A DNA stretch of 38,208 bases from the IMG/VR virus record IMGVR_UViG_3300021387_001477; one strand, written 5' to 3'. Position 1 is the stretch's first letter. The number at the start of each line of letters is the position of its first letter. The notes below the pieces were generated by a model. The model ran no database searches, was not told the origin of the DNA, and was given only the letters and a program-made list of their open reading frames with translations. Source of the DNA: a virus (lineage: Duplodnaviria; Heunggongvirae; Uroviricota; Caudoviricetes). A program made the translations under genes and the position numbers. This document shows, piece by piece, positions 1 through 9,623 of this stretch.

Positions 1-1026
1 TGTCATTATTGGGGTTAAATCAAATGAAGACGGAGTTATAACTATTTGTCCATCCCCTAAGATCATATTTTTACTATATATTTCCTGTGGATATTCATAT
101 AGGTTTAGACATCCTGGATTATTTTTAATATATGGCAGGAAGTTAGCTCCAAAGGCAACATTCTTCAGCCTAAGATTATTAATTGTCTCTACCATATATT
201 CAAATACTCCTTGCTCCATCCCCTTATCACTTCTTCCGTGTTGCATCAAGGGAAGTAGAACATGATAATGAATATCTTTTCCATATGATGTCACTTCTTG
301 TATAAATTCATCAACCGACTCCTTTGTAGAGATTATGTGATGAATCATAACTTTGGTATCTTTTAGCTTAAGAAGATTCTCTATAGCCTTTCTTGCCTCT
401 TTTCGGATAGATTTATTTCCAAAGGATACGGCCACACCTCCACAAAAATTCTCGGTTGCTTCTAGAATTTCTTCTTTCCCGGAAGCTAAGATAATCCCAT
501 TCGTTGTATAATTTGGGACCACCTTCGTTTCGTATATTGCTTTAAGAAATTCAGAAAATTGTGGATGTAGAGTTGGTTCCCCTACTGATCCAATGGCAAC
601 TTGAAATGGCTTCTCTGTATATGTGACCGGATACCCTTTAGCTACAGATACTCTAGATAATACTTTAAGCTCATATTCTTCTATCGACTTTATCTCTTGT
701 GTTGATAGAAGTAAGTCTTTTATATTTTCATCAGTTGTATTTATTATATCTACAATTTTGTCTTCTGGAAATCGAGATATAAATCTTTTCCATTCTCCGA
801 CTATATTATTTTTATCTGTTCCGATATCTTTTGCAGAAACGTAACAGAATGGACAACAGGCATTACATCTAGTTGTTATACCAATATCATAAAACTCACT
901 ATTGTCGGGAGGTAATTCTTTATCTTCTCCCAGATCTAGCCTTGTTGTCTTTAGATTATTCCAAATACTATAATAGTTGTGGGATTGTAATTTTCTTATT
1001 CTTATTCCCCAATCTATAAATTTCAT
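1..1026 (-). CDS. Radical SAM protein, 3' end runs off the window
   Basis: Not in the ORF track. Manual translation from ATG 1026: MKFIDWGIR...DIGITTRCNACCPFCY (CxxxCxxC), AIGSVGEPTLHP, VPNYTTNG; same frame at position 1 (...ITPSSFDLTPIMT). Confidence 0.9.
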   Translation of the reverse strand, partial: MKFIDWGIRIRKLQSHNYYSIWNNLKTTRLDLGEDKELPPDNSEFYDIGITTRCNACCPFCYVSAKDIGTDKNNIVGEWKRFISRFPEDKIVDIINTTDENIKDLLLSTQEIKSIEEYELKVLSRVSVAKGYPVTYTEKPFQVAIGSVGEPTLHPQFSEFLKAIYETKVVPNYTTNGIILASGKEEILEATENFCGGVAVSFGNKSIRKEARKAIENLLKLKDTKVMIHHIISTKESVDEFIQEVTSYGKDIHYHVLLPLMQHGRSDKGMEQGVFEYMVETINNLRLKNVAFGANFLPYIKNNPGCLNLYEYPQEIYSKNMILGDGQIVITPSSFDLTPIMT

Positions 1027-1028
1027 AT

Positions 1029-1039
1029 CAAGTATAAGG
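1029..1039 (-). promoter_or_regulatory. Recurrent promoter-like motif CCTTATACTTG
   Basis: Matches YCYTAnnnnTG seen before several transcription units; 2 nt before ATG 1026, just after a terminator. Confidence 0.55.
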
Positions 1040-1050
1040 AATAGAAAGAA

Positions 1051-1071
1051 AAGAGGGAATTAAACCCTCTT
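1051..1071 (-). terminator. Intrinsic terminator of ABC operon
   Basis: AAGAGGG/CCCTCTT stem followed by a T-rich run on the minus strand. Confidence 0.75.
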
Positions 1072-1076
1072 AACTT

Positions 1077-1970
1077 TTACATAATTTCATTTAGAGCTGA
1101 TTCTACCTGTGACACATACTCAGCGAATTCTCTTGTATCCCTAAGTTCATGAGTTCTTCTTTCTACGCCAAAACTAACATCGATAATCTTATGAACTCGA
1201 CAAGGATTTGGTGCAAAGACATAAATCCTATTGCTAAGATATACTGCTTCACTAATATCATGTGTAACATTAATAATAGTGGGGTCGAGATCTGAATTAT
1301 AGCAGACATTAAGAATTGCATCTTCAATATCTCTCTTACTCTTTACATCGAGTGCAGAAGTTACTTCGTCGAGGAGAATGATCTTGGAGTTCTTTGCATC
1401 ACACAGAGCCCTAGATAGACACACTCTCTGAAGTTGTCCGCCAGAGAGAATAGGATATTGTGCCCATTTCTCTTCCTGACCTTCCAGACCAACAAGTTTA
1501 AGAACCTCATAGGCTCTCTTTTTTCTTTCTTCCTTACCAATCCCTTTCAATTTCAGGGACATAGAGGCAACTTCCCAAACCTTCTGCCAGGGAAAAGCTG
1601 AATATTGCTGAAATACCATTTGAATATGTGGCATTTCTGCAGCAGGTTTTCCGTATACAAGAACCTCACCAGAGTCCGGAGTATCCAACTGAGAGATAAG
1701 TCTAAGGACGCAGCTTTTGCCTGATCCAGACGGGCCGACAAAACTTATTCTTTGATTCTTATCTTTAAAATCTTTAAGTTCTAAGTTAAAATTATCAAAT
1801 AACTTAAACCCATTCTCAAAGGTCTTACAGATATTCCTAAGCTGAATTACGTCTACGTCTTCAACTTCGTATTTTCCATCTACTTTTGAAGAGATAGCCT
1901 CAGGAGTCACAGTTTCTTCTTTTCCTTTCTGCTTCTCTTCTAACTCTTTTGAAAATATTCCGCTACTCAT
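1077..1970 (-). CDS. ABC transporter ATP-binding protein, NitT/TauT (TauB/SsuB-like)
   Basis: Walker A GPSGSGKS, Q-loop VFQQY, signature LSGGQ, Walker B IILLDE, H-loop VTHD. Confidence 0.93.
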   Translation of the reverse strand: MSSGIFSKELEEKQKGKEETVTPEAISSKVDGKYEVEDVDVIQLRNICKTFENGFKLFDNFNLELKDFKDKNQRISFVGPSGSGKSCVLRLISQLDTPDSGEVLVYGKPAAEMPHIQMVFQQYSAFPWQKVWEVASMSLKLKGIGKEERKKRAYEVLKLVGLEGQEEKWAQYPILSGGQLQRVCLSRALCDAKNSKIILLDEVTSALDVKSKRDIEDAILNVCYNSDLDPTIINVTHDISEAVYLSNRIYVFAPNPCRVHKIIDVSFGVERRTHELRDTREFAEYVSQVESALNEIM

Positions 1971-2812
1971 TTCTCAAATAATCTTTTACGGTTATACATG
2001 TAAGGGAATAAAATCTCCTCCCCAAACTTAAATATGATATCCTGGAGTACACCAATTATGATTACTATGAAAAGACAGGCCCAGGCAGCAGACATATTAG
2101 ATTGTCTGATTGATGTATTAATTAAAGCACCAATACCATTAATTGTCCCATCTTTATATATTAGTTCAGATATTGTAACATACGACCAAGATAAAGCCAA
2201 GAGAGAACGTATAGATCCAGATACTCCACTGGTTATATAGGGCCAGTATACGTATCTAAAGGTCTGAAAACTTGTTGCTCCCATAGTCTTCATGGTCTGT
2301 AGATATACAAAGTCTTTATCATTATTGGGATTCTGTAAATTAGCCACCCTATTTGCTACTTCAGGGACTATATAAATAATCAATGCAACTACCAGGAAGG
2401 ATAGTTTTGTTGTATAGGTAAGCCCAGATATAGCAATAAAAATAGCAACACAGGCGGGGAGAGGAAGGAACCGGATAGCACTGATATACTTTCCGACGGC
2501 CAGATTTAGAAATGGATATACCGTTAATACAATTCCTAAAGGTAGAGAGATGAGTATTGCCCACACATAAGCCGAGAGATTCATCTTAACACTAAACCAA
2601 ATATTAGCGAATAGATGATTTTCGTTTATTAATCCTCCAAGAGAACCAACCACATCAAGCGGACCTGGGAGAATCTTTGTAGGAATAATTTCAAACCTTG
2701 CTTCCAACCACCATAGGCAGATTATAATCAAGATACCTACAGCAGATATAATTGGTGTAGCTTTTCCAAAATTACTACTTCCACCAAATTTAAATAAATC
2801 TTTAATCTTCAT
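1967..2812 (-). CDS. ABC transporter permease, NitT/TauT (TauC/SsuC-like)
   Basis: About six hydrophobic segments, ILPGP motif, EAA-like loop TMKTMGAT, ATGA-coupled to the ATPase. Confidence 0.88.
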   Translation of the reverse strand: MKIKDLFKFGGSSNFGKATPIISAVGILIIICLWWLEARFEIIPTKILPGPLDVVGSLGGLINENHLFANIWFSVKMNLSAYVWAILISLPLGIVLTVYPFLNLAVGKYISAIRFLPLPACVAIFIAISGLTYTTKLSFLVVALIIYIVPEVANRVANLQNPNNDKDFVYLQTMKTMGATSFQTFRYVYWPYITSGVSGSIRSLLALSWSYVTISELIYKDGTINGIGALINTSIRQSNMSAAWACLFIVIIIGVLQDIIFKFGEEILFPYMYNRKRLFEK

Positions 2813-2831
2813 CTTTAATTTAAAATAAAAT

Positions 2832-2862
2832 GGGGTGGGGAAACTTTAAATCTCTCCACCCC
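2832..2862 (-). terminator. GC-rich intra-operon hairpin (partial terminator or mRNA stabiliser)
   Basis: GGGGTGG/CCACCCC stem with T-rich tail on the minus strand, between binding-protein and permease genes. Confidence 0.65.
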
Positions 2863-2879
2863 GGATGAACAATAACGGT

Positions 2880-4433
2880 TTATTCGCTGATCAGTAATAG
2901 ATCAGTTGTTCTATATCTACTATCTGAACCGTAACTTCCAGCCTCGATAGCATGCTTAGATCCATTTCCAACTACCGTAAACTGAGAGGGAGAAGCTCCA
3001 CATTCAGAAATTAGGTAATCTACGACGGCCTGAGCACGTTTTCTCGACAGCGGCTTGTTTACAGAGTCAGATCCAGTGTTGTCCGTATTTCCCTCCACTC
3101 TGAATCTAGCACCAGAGAATTGTTTAACTAGTCCTTTAAATTCCCGATCGATAATGGATTTTGCATTATTATCAAGGACCGAGGACCCAGTTTGAAATTC
3201 AATAGTAACAGACTTATTGGAGAAGGTAGCAGCGGTTTCTAGTCCTTTCTTAGCTTCCAGAACAACAGCCTTTTCAGCGCTTTGGTTACCAGATACAAGA
3301 TCCGGTTTACCAAGAAGAGCCTCTATAACACTATCATCGGATGCTTTTCTCCAGGACACGGGATTACGCACTAAACCTAAGCCGCCGTATGTTCTTGCCA
3401 TCTTAGAGTATAACTCATCTCCCTTCATTCCGGTAAAGTCGGAGCGAAGGCCGAAGAAATTAGCCTCATCTTCAAGGGTTACATAATAAATATTCTTAGA
3501 TCCCTCGATGGCAAATTCTTCATCTGTACCATATGCCTTAGCAAAAGCACGTGCTGCAACTCTTACTGCAGACTCATCAGTATTCATCTTTACATTTGCT
3601 GAAAGAAGTGCACCGATAAGTTTTTCAAGCTTTTCGTGATTCTCCTCTATATATGATGATTTAGCAATAAGTCCATCACAGATTATAGAAGAGGCCTGTT
3701 TTGTAGATACCAAGACATGACCAAGACCTGCGTTAACTAGGTCTGCATCATCTGGGCTAAAACAAACACATCCATCACATGCTCCAGCTTTAAAGGCAGC
3801 AGCGGCATCCAGTCCAGACCCTACAACCTTAATATTCACCTTATCTGGTTCAATGGTTGATTTCAGATTAACCCGATCAAATCCAATACCAGAGGTTTCA
3901 AGAGTATTAAGGAGTAGTGTATGACTTGCCGTACCTTCAGAACAAGCAATAACTTTTCCAATAAGGTCATTCACTGTTCTGATATTCTTATTTACCACAA
4001 TTGCATCGGCTCCTCTAGACCAGTTACTGATATTAAAGAATCGAGAATCAGTCATTTCGGAACCTTCGCCCATTTCTACGGGGAGTGCATCGGCGGTACA
4101 ATAGATGACATTGATATTGTCATTCTTAAACGCCATTCGTCCAGCCTGGAAATCATCCTGAACAACAATTTTCACAAGAAGACCATACTCCTTGTAGAAG
4201 ATGCTATTCTCTGAGGGCTCTAAGCCGCCGTTGAGATACATCCAGGGAAGGAATCCAGCATAAGTATTGGTTCCTACAACGATTACGTCGGATTTTTTAC
4301 CAATCCTAATAGAACTTACGCCGCCGTCTTTTTCTGAGCCAGAGAAGACTCCAAGGTGATTAAGACCTAAACCTACAATTCCTGCTACAATTGCAATTCC
4401 AGCAATTTTCACCCAAGGTTTTAATTTTGCCAT
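2880..4433 (-). CDS. NitT/TauT-type substrate-binding protein fused to C-terminal OmpA-like peptidoglycan-binding domain
   Basis: N-terminal TM/signal; SRGADAIVV, DLIGKVIA (SsuA/THI5-like); C-terminal FQTGSS, VEGNTDNTGS, NKPLSRKRAQAVVDYL (OmpA_C). Confidence 0.88.
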   Translation of the reverse strand: MAKLKPWVKIAGIAIVAGIVGLGLNHLGVFSGSEKDGGVSSIRIGKKSDVIVVGTNTYAGFLPWMYLNGGLEPSENSIFYKEYGLLVKIVVQDDFQAGRMAFKNDNINVIYCTADALPVEMGEGSEMTDSRFFNISNWSRGADAIVVNKNIRTVNDLIGKVIACSEGTASHTLLLNTLETSGIGFDRVNLKSTIEPDKVNIKVVGSGLDAAAAFKAGACDGCVCFSPDDADLVNAGLGHVLVSTKQASSIICDGLIAKSSYIEENHEKLEKLIGALLSANVKMNTDESAVRVAARAFAKAYGTDEEFAIEGSKNIYYVTLEDEANFFGLRSDFTGMKGDELYSKMARTYGGLGLVRNPVSWRKASDDSVIEALLGKPDLVSGNQSAEKAVVLEAKKGLETAATFSNKSVTIEFQTGSSVLDNNAKSIIDREFKGLVKQFSGARFRVEGNTDNTGSDSVNKPLSRKRAQAVVDYLISECGASPSQFTVVGNGSKHAIEAGSYGSDSRYRTTDLLLISE

Positions 4434-4444
4434 TGTTATTATAA

Positions 4445-5491
4445 TTAATCAAAATAATCATTTGGACTTTGTCCACGTTTCCTATTCATCTCCTGAAGCT
4501 CACGCTCAGAGAGTTTTCTAATCTCCATGGGCTTTGGTTCAGGCCCAGAAAGGGATTTCCAGTGTTCTTCATTGAAAATTCCTTCACTTTTATCATATTT
4601 ATCGAGAATAGCTGAAGCCTTAGTTGAGATAACAGCATTTTCCATGTCTGCCTGACCGAGGAGGCCATTAGTCTCATCAATCATGCTTTCAATTTCACCG
4701 AGGTTCATGGAAATTTCGTTTTCCATAATCTCTACGGCCATCTCGAAGTTCTCCATAAGATCTGGATCACCATTGAGAGCAGATTTGATGGATCGGAATG
4801 CCTTTCCTTGTGCTTTCAGTTCTTCATACTCATCCTTGAAGAGTTTTACTTTCTCTTCATTGATGGTCACAGAGAATGTTGCATACTTCTGAAGCTTTTC
4901 CAGGGCAGCCAACCATTTTTTGGAGGTCTCAAGTCGTACGGTGCGATCATTAACTGACTTTTCATATAAGACTAAAAGTCCCTCCTTCTGTTGTGCAAAT
5001 GAAGTCTGTCCCATTTGACGATACTGCTTAATCTCTATGATAGCATTGTCTCGTTTCTCCGTGACTTCTTTCAGCTTTCTCTCATTCTTCTTTATGAGAC
5101 CTTTTACCTGGGATATATTCCTATCGACTTCCTCAATCCTCTTTCGAAGATCTTTAATGTAGTCTTCAAGAATAGCCACAGGATCAATAGTAATGAAGAA
5201 TCCGGTAATTCTTCTCATGACAATGAAATACGCAACTTTAAACGTATTCCAAAACTTTTTACTTGTCAAAATATACCCAAGGATTCCTATAGCAAAAAGC
5301 ATAAGAATCAGATAGAGTACGTTTGACGCAAGAGCAATCATGATAGGGAGGAGGAGATACAGAAGATAACCGGCTCCTGCAATTCCTAAACCTGCCACTA
5401 CCATCCCAAGTTTTCCACCGGGCTTTTCCCAGGGAGACTTTTTCGATGAGAATCCACCGGATCCCATCGGAATTAAACCGTTGTTGTCCAT
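4445..5491 (-). CDS. Membrane-anchored coiled-coil protein, PspA/IM30-like
   Basis: Two N-terminal TM helices, then IDPVAILEDYIKDL and ~240 aa of helical sequence; PspA similarity is inference. Confidence 0.55.
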   Translation of the reverse strand: MDNNGLIPMGSGGFSSKKSPWEKPGGKLGMVVAGLGIAGAGYLLYLLLPIMIALASNVLYLILMLFAIGILGYILTSKKFWNTFKVAYFIVMRRITGFFITIDPVAILEDYIKDLRKRIEEVDRNISQVKGLIKKNERKLKEVTEKRDNAIIEIKQYRQMGQTSFAQQKEGLLVLYEKSVNDRTVRLETSKKWLAALEKLQKYATFSVTINEEKVKLFKDEYEELKAQGKAFRSIKSALNGDPDLMENFEMAVEIMENEISMNLGEIESMIDETNGLLGQADMENAVISTKASAILDKYDKSEGIFNEEHWKSLSGPEPKPMEIRKLSERELQEMNRKRGQSPNDYFD

Positions 5492-5497
5492 ATATCT

Positions 5498-6172
5498 TTA
5501 GTCATTAAGATATTCATTAAGCTTCTTTCTATCCTCATTGAGAATTCCAACCATAAAGTCAAGAGTTGCATTAAAATTCTTTTCCTTTGTATTGAAGTCT
5601 TCTCGTTTGGAATTTATCGTACTTAATTTTTCATTCAGTGCAGCTTCACGCTTCTGTAATTCGAGTTTCAATTTTTCAACTTCCTCTTTTTCAGAAGCTA
5701 CTTCACGTTCTGCCTGATCTATTTCTAACGATCTTTTCTTATTAAGGGCACTGATTGCATCTTTTCTCTCATCTTCCATTATATTAATATAATGATCGAT
5801 GGACCCAAGAATTTTATCCTTTGTGATTCCAGCTTGAGGGAAGAAGCGTTTCATATTTGCAAAAGCCTGACGATATCTTTTTCTTTCGTCTGGCTCTATC
5901 TCTACGCTCTCCTTATCCATTGCTGTCTCCTTAAGTTCAAGGTAATCTGGACCAGGAATATTCTCTGAAGACAGTTTTTCTTCCAGTCTTTCGAGCATTT
6001 TCTGATCTATATTACCAGTAGACGTTTCTTGGGCTATATTAATTTTCTTAAGAGACGTTTCAGAAGAGGGAGCAGGAGTCGTTGATACACTCTGCTGTTC
6101 TTCTGCCTTCGGTGTTTCCTTAGGTGCCTCTTCTTCTAAAAATAAACTCTTAATATTAAATCTTTTTGCCAT
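5498..6172 (-). CDS. Coiled-coil hypothetical protein, first gene of the operon
   Basis: 224 aa, low-complexity N-terminus, IPGPDYLEL motif, C-terminal coiled coil. Confidence 0.75.
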   Translation of the reverse strand: MAKRFNIKSLFLEEEAPKETPKAEEQQSVSTTPAPSSETSLKKINIAQETSTGNIDQKMLERLEEKLSSENIPGPDYLELKETAMDKESVEIEPDERKRYRQAFANMKRFFPQAGITKDKILGSIDHYINIMEDERKDAISALNKKRSLEIDQAEREVASEKEEVEKLKLELQKREAALNEKLSTINSKREDFNTKEKNFNATLDFMVGILNEDRKKLNEYLND

Positions 6173-6190
6173 TTTATTTTTATAATTTTA

Positions 6191-6238
6191 CATATATAAG
6201 GAAATTGCGTTTGAGATCCCTTGAATGCCCTAATTATG
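6191..6238. promoter_or_regulatory. Divergent promoter-like pair
   Basis: CCTTATATATG on minus (6191-6201) and CCCTAATTATG on plus (6228-6238) in the divergent intergenic region. Confidence 0.5.
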
Positions 6239-6291
6239 AAATCTCACTATAATTGGTGAGGTTGTGACAATAAAATTTATAAAAATAATAT

Positions 6292-7671
6292 ATGGAAAAC
6301 TTAGATCTTATATTTGCCCTACTGAATCAATACGTATTTCAGTTGGGGAAAAATAATTTACAAGATTTACGCTATTACTTCCAAACTAATCCAGCAACCA
6401 GTGGAAATCAATTAGTTGAGGAAGTCTTAAATGCGGTAGATACGTATAATCTAGAACAACTTGGTCAACCCCTCTTTGACTCTATCCTTATGAAGTGCTG
6501 TAAAACTCCGGCAGAGAAACAGCAGATTATGTCATCGATTATGAAGTGGAAGAGTTATGGAAAAGAGGAAATCAAACCAACCATTAAGGTTATACAGAAT
6601 CTTATCGCAGCATCAAAACTAGAATATGCCTCTCGATTATATTCTAATGATGCTACAGAGTATATAAAATACATTAAAAATTTAAATCTTCCGACAGGTG
6701 ATGTTGATGTCTTTAGCTCAACTACATTTTCAGGCCTAGATATAAATACAATAATCGCCGAAGATGCAAAAGGCCAGGTCCCAACAAACGTAGATTGGTT
6801 AAATAAGGCCTTTGGTGGGATGGGCGGAATTAATCGTGGGGAAATTGGCGTTATATCTGCTCCTCCAGGTGTTGGTAAATCTCTTTTCGCCATGGATCTT
6901 GCCTGTTTTATGGCTGCATCAGGGGAGAAGGTTTTGTATGTATGTCTTGGTGATATGAATTATAGAGACTTCATACAAAGAATGTCATCTATAGCATTCG
7001 GAGTTAGTTTTGCAGATGCCGGAAAGAATATAGGGATGATGTATGAACAACTGAAGAATCTGGTTGGAAATAATCTCGAAATAAGTGTTAACCCGTCAGG
7101 AACAGTGACCTCCGGAGAAGTAGTTGATTTTGCAAGAAATAAGAATTTCTCTGTGGTAGTGGTTGATCACGATGGTAACTTTGCAGGAGCTACCGATGGA
7201 GAAAGCTTATATTCGACTTATTCAGATATTTACAACGACTTTACCAAATTATCCATGGAAGGAAGATTAGTACTAATTTGTAGTCAGGCAAAAATCTTCT
7301 CTTGGGATAAAATTATTGGTCTAGAGTCTTTAAGTGATTCGTCCAAGAAACAGCATGTGGCGGATTGGATTATGACAATAAGTAATGTTAATCCAGATTG
7401 TCCTAATCACCTTTATGTTATGAGTCTTCCAAAAGCTCGTCGTGGTGAAGTTGGAAGCAGAGCCTATGTAATTAGAATACAAGGTAGGTTTATTGAAATT
7501 CCTAAGGGTCTCTATGATCAACTTCGTCAGGATAGAGAAAAGAAGGACTATACCGAAAGAGACATACAGAATATGATAAACCAATACAAGGCACAGATCA
7601 ATAAGATACAACAAAGCCTTGGAACAGCGACAACACCAATATCTCCTGGTCATAATCCTTTTACAAAATGA
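6292..7671 (+). CDS. dnaB: DnaB-like (SF4) replicative helicase
   Basis: WLNKAFGG..GINRGEIGVISAPPGVGKS (Walker A), VVVVDH (Walker B), CSQ, SDSSKK..VAD, KARRG arginine finger. Confidence 0.85.
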   Translation: MENLDLIFALLNQYVFQLGKNNLQDLRYYFQTNPATSGNQLVEEVLNAVDTYNLEQLGQPLFDSILMKCCKTPAEKQQIMSSIMKWKSYGKEEIKPTIKVIQNLIAASKLEYASRLYSNDATEYIKYIKNLNLPTGDVDVFSSTTFSGLDINTIIAEDAKGQVPTNVDWLNKAFGGMGGINRGEIGVISAPPGVGKSLFAMDLACFMAASGEKVLYVCLGDMNYRDFIQRMSSIAFGVSFADAGKNIGMMYEQLKNLVGNNLEISVNPSGTVTSGEVVDFARNKNFSVVVVDHDGNFAGATDGESLYSTYSDIYNDFTKLSMEGRLVLICSQAKIFSWDKIIGLESLSDSSKKQHVADWIMTISNVNPDCPNHLYVMSLPKARRGEVGSRAYVIRIQGRFIEIPKGLYDQLRQDREKKDYTERDIQNMINQYKAQINKIQQSLGTATTPISPGHNPFTK

Positions 7672-7838
7672 ATACTGGTGTACTTTTAGGATCTCCAGAC
7701 GAGGTTCCAGTTACTATTGGCTATCAAATTCTATATGATCCAAAAACTAGTAAAGTATATATGGCTGCTTCCGGACAGTGGCACGAAATACTTTTAGGAA
7801 GAGAAGAGGAAATTTTATTTGAAGAAATAAAACAATGA
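7668..7838 (+). CDS. Small hypothetical protein (56 aa)
   Basis: Below ORF-track cutoff; MNTGVLLGSPDEV...FEEIKQ*, ATGA overlaps at both ends. Confidence 0.7.
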   Translation: MNTGVLLGSPDEVPVTIGYQILYDPKTSKVYMAASGQWHEILLGREEEILFEEIKQ

Positions 7839-8665
7839 AGAAAGAAATAAAGATACTAATAACTCTTAGTAGAAAATTTATATCTGTCAACGCCCTCTAT
7901 AACTGTAGGATTCAATATATCGGAGGAAAACCTAGGGCCGTAATGTATAAGAACCCCGAAGCCAATAAAGTTGAGGCAGAGATAAGAAATCAGCTTTTGG
8001 CCGTGGATTTTTCAGATTACAAGGAGTGGCTTAGGAATACAGAACAGTTTGAGCTTGAACTTAAATTTATCCTCAAGAGAAATGTATCCAGGAGAGACGT
8101 CAGCAATGAAATTAAACATCTTGAGGACGACTGGGTAAGGTTTGTCGTTAATGATCTTGGCATAGAAAATTATGATGATAGCAAACATGTAAAGGTAGTG
8201 GCTGAAAAATATACCATGCCAGGTGCTGATAATGAATATGCTCTTTTAACACTAAGAGAATCTAAAGCTAATATACGGTATGATAAAATTCAAAAACCGG
8301 AGAAGATTTGGATTAACTCATTATCGGCCGAAGAAACAACAGCCCTACTTCCTCCTCTCCCAAAGAAATTAAAAAAGAAAGAGAGGTACTTAGTTTGGGC
8401 TGATTATGATACGGCCGATACTAAAATATACTTCCTCTCCCCAGATAATAAAATTTCTCCCCTTATGGCTGGAAAGATATATAAAGACATAATTTCAACC
8501 TCTAGAGAAGATGGAAAATTTCTCTGTATAGGTATTCTTCCAGGAAATAATGATGAGGAAATAATCGACTGGCTGAAGAAAGAGATCAGCGAGATAAATA
8601 CGAGAAATAATATCATAATGGATGAAATAGAGAAAAAGGAGGATATCTTAAAATGGATCAAGTAG
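7835..8665 (+). CDS. rusA: RusA-like Holliday junction resolvase with C-terminal extension
   Basis: ISVNALY, RRDVSNEIKHLED and DDSKHV match the RusA (P)SxN, DxDN..K..D and DD pattern. Confidence 0.7.
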   Translation: MKKEIKILITLSRKFISVNALYNCRIQYIGGKPRAVMYKNPEANKVEAEIRNQLLAVDFSDYKEWLRNTEQFELELKFILKRNVSRRDVSNEIKHLEDDWVRFVVNDLGIENYDDSKHVKVVAEKYTMPGADNEYALLTLRESKANIRYDKIQKPEKIWINSLSAEETTALLPPLPKKLKKKERYLVWADYDTADTKIYFLSPDNKISPLMAGKIYKDIISTSREDGKFLCIGILPGNNDEEIIDWLKKEISEINTRNNIIMDEIEKKEDILKWIK

Positions 8666-8985
8666 AATTTAGAGCACTGCGGGATAAACTTAATAATGAG
8701 GAGACTGGCAAATATATAATGATAAAAAATAAAGATACTTGGACATGGATAAAGGTTGATGAAAATATAAACCTAGAGTCTGAGAATCTTGAAGGAATAG
8801 AATATAATGAGGTACGACCTGATTGGTTGAAAGATTTAGGCCACCTCTTAGGATTCATATATATTGGTCATAACTGCCCCGCCTGTCTTGGTTATGGACG
8901 TAGAGGAGAGGAAGAAATAAAACTATTAAAATATATTTGGAAACAACAAAATGAAATATATAATAATAGACAACAGGACGAATAA
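8653..8985 (+). CDS. Hypothetical protein with CxxC
   Basis: 110 aa, coupled to neighbours, NCPACLG. Confidence 0.65.
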   Translation: MDQVEFRALRDKLNNEETGKYIMIKNKDTWTWIKVDENINLESENLEGIEYNEVRPDWLKDLGHLLGFIYIGHNCPACLGYGRRGEEEIKLLKYIWKQQNEIYNNRQQDE

Positions 8986-9220
8986 GATAATTTGTTTTCG
9001 TGGCGGATATACGACCAGACAAGGAGCCGAAAATGGAAGATACTCTCTATGTAGTGAGATTTTTAACGAAGCTATAAAATATGTAAGAGAAATACAAAAT
9101 CTTCCACCAGGATCCCTATTCTCTAACGCAGTTCATAAATATGTAGAAGAAAACTCCTCTATAGTCGAAGTTTCTGAGATAATATACAAGACGGCAGAAG
9201 GAGTGGAGATAAGACAATAA
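8951..9220 (+). CDS. Hypothetical protein
   Basis: 89 aa ORF ending at a terminator. Confidence 0.65.
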   Translation: MKYIIIDNRTNKIICFRGGYTTRQGAENGRYSLCSEIFNEAIKYVREIQNLPPGSLFSNAVHKYVEENSSIVEVSEIIYKTAEGVEIRQ

Positions 9221-9255
9221 AGGGATATACAGTCCCTTTATTTTTCTTATAAGTG
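9219..9255 (+). promoter_or_regulatory. Terminator plus promoter-like motif
   Basis: AAAGGGA/TCCCTTT stem (9219-9239), T-run, TCTTATAAGTG (9245-9255), ATG 9258. Confidence 0.6.
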
Positions 9256-9257
9256 AT

Positions 9258-9623
9258 ATGATATTTACGTCTTATTATGGAAATAGAAAAACAAGAACAG
9301 AAGACATAAAAATTCAAATATCATGTACTTCTCCTTATAAGTGCGATGGAGAATTGGAAATATTTTATCCACCCTATGAATTAGTCAATGGTATAAAGAC
9401 TGGAAAGATTAGCGAGGAAGAGTATACCAAAAGATATCTAGAAGTTCTTGAAGATCGGAAGAAAGACATAGACACTATTATTCCTACTCTTAAAGAATTT
9501 TCTCAAGAAAAAGATATAGTTTTCCTTTGTTATTGTAGTCCTAAATCTTTCTGCCACAGACACATACTTAGGGATTGGTTAAACAAGAATTATAATTTAG
9601 ATATAAAAGAATATGCTTACTAA
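9258..9623 (+). CDS. DUF488/YeaO-like protein
   Basis: IFTSYY start, EEYTKRY, FLCYC..FCHRHIL. Confidence 0.75.
   Translation: MIFTSYYGNRKTRTEDIKIQISCTSPYKCDGELEIFYPPYELVNGIKTGKISEEEYTKRYLEVLEDRKKDIDTIIPTLKEFSQEKDIVFLCYCSPKSFCHRHILRDWLNKNYNLDIKEYAY

Noticed and set aside
1077-6172. Bacterial chromosomal flank or prophage boundary
   Set aside because: No att site, integrase or visible compositional break; promoter and terminator motifs match those of the phage-like genes.
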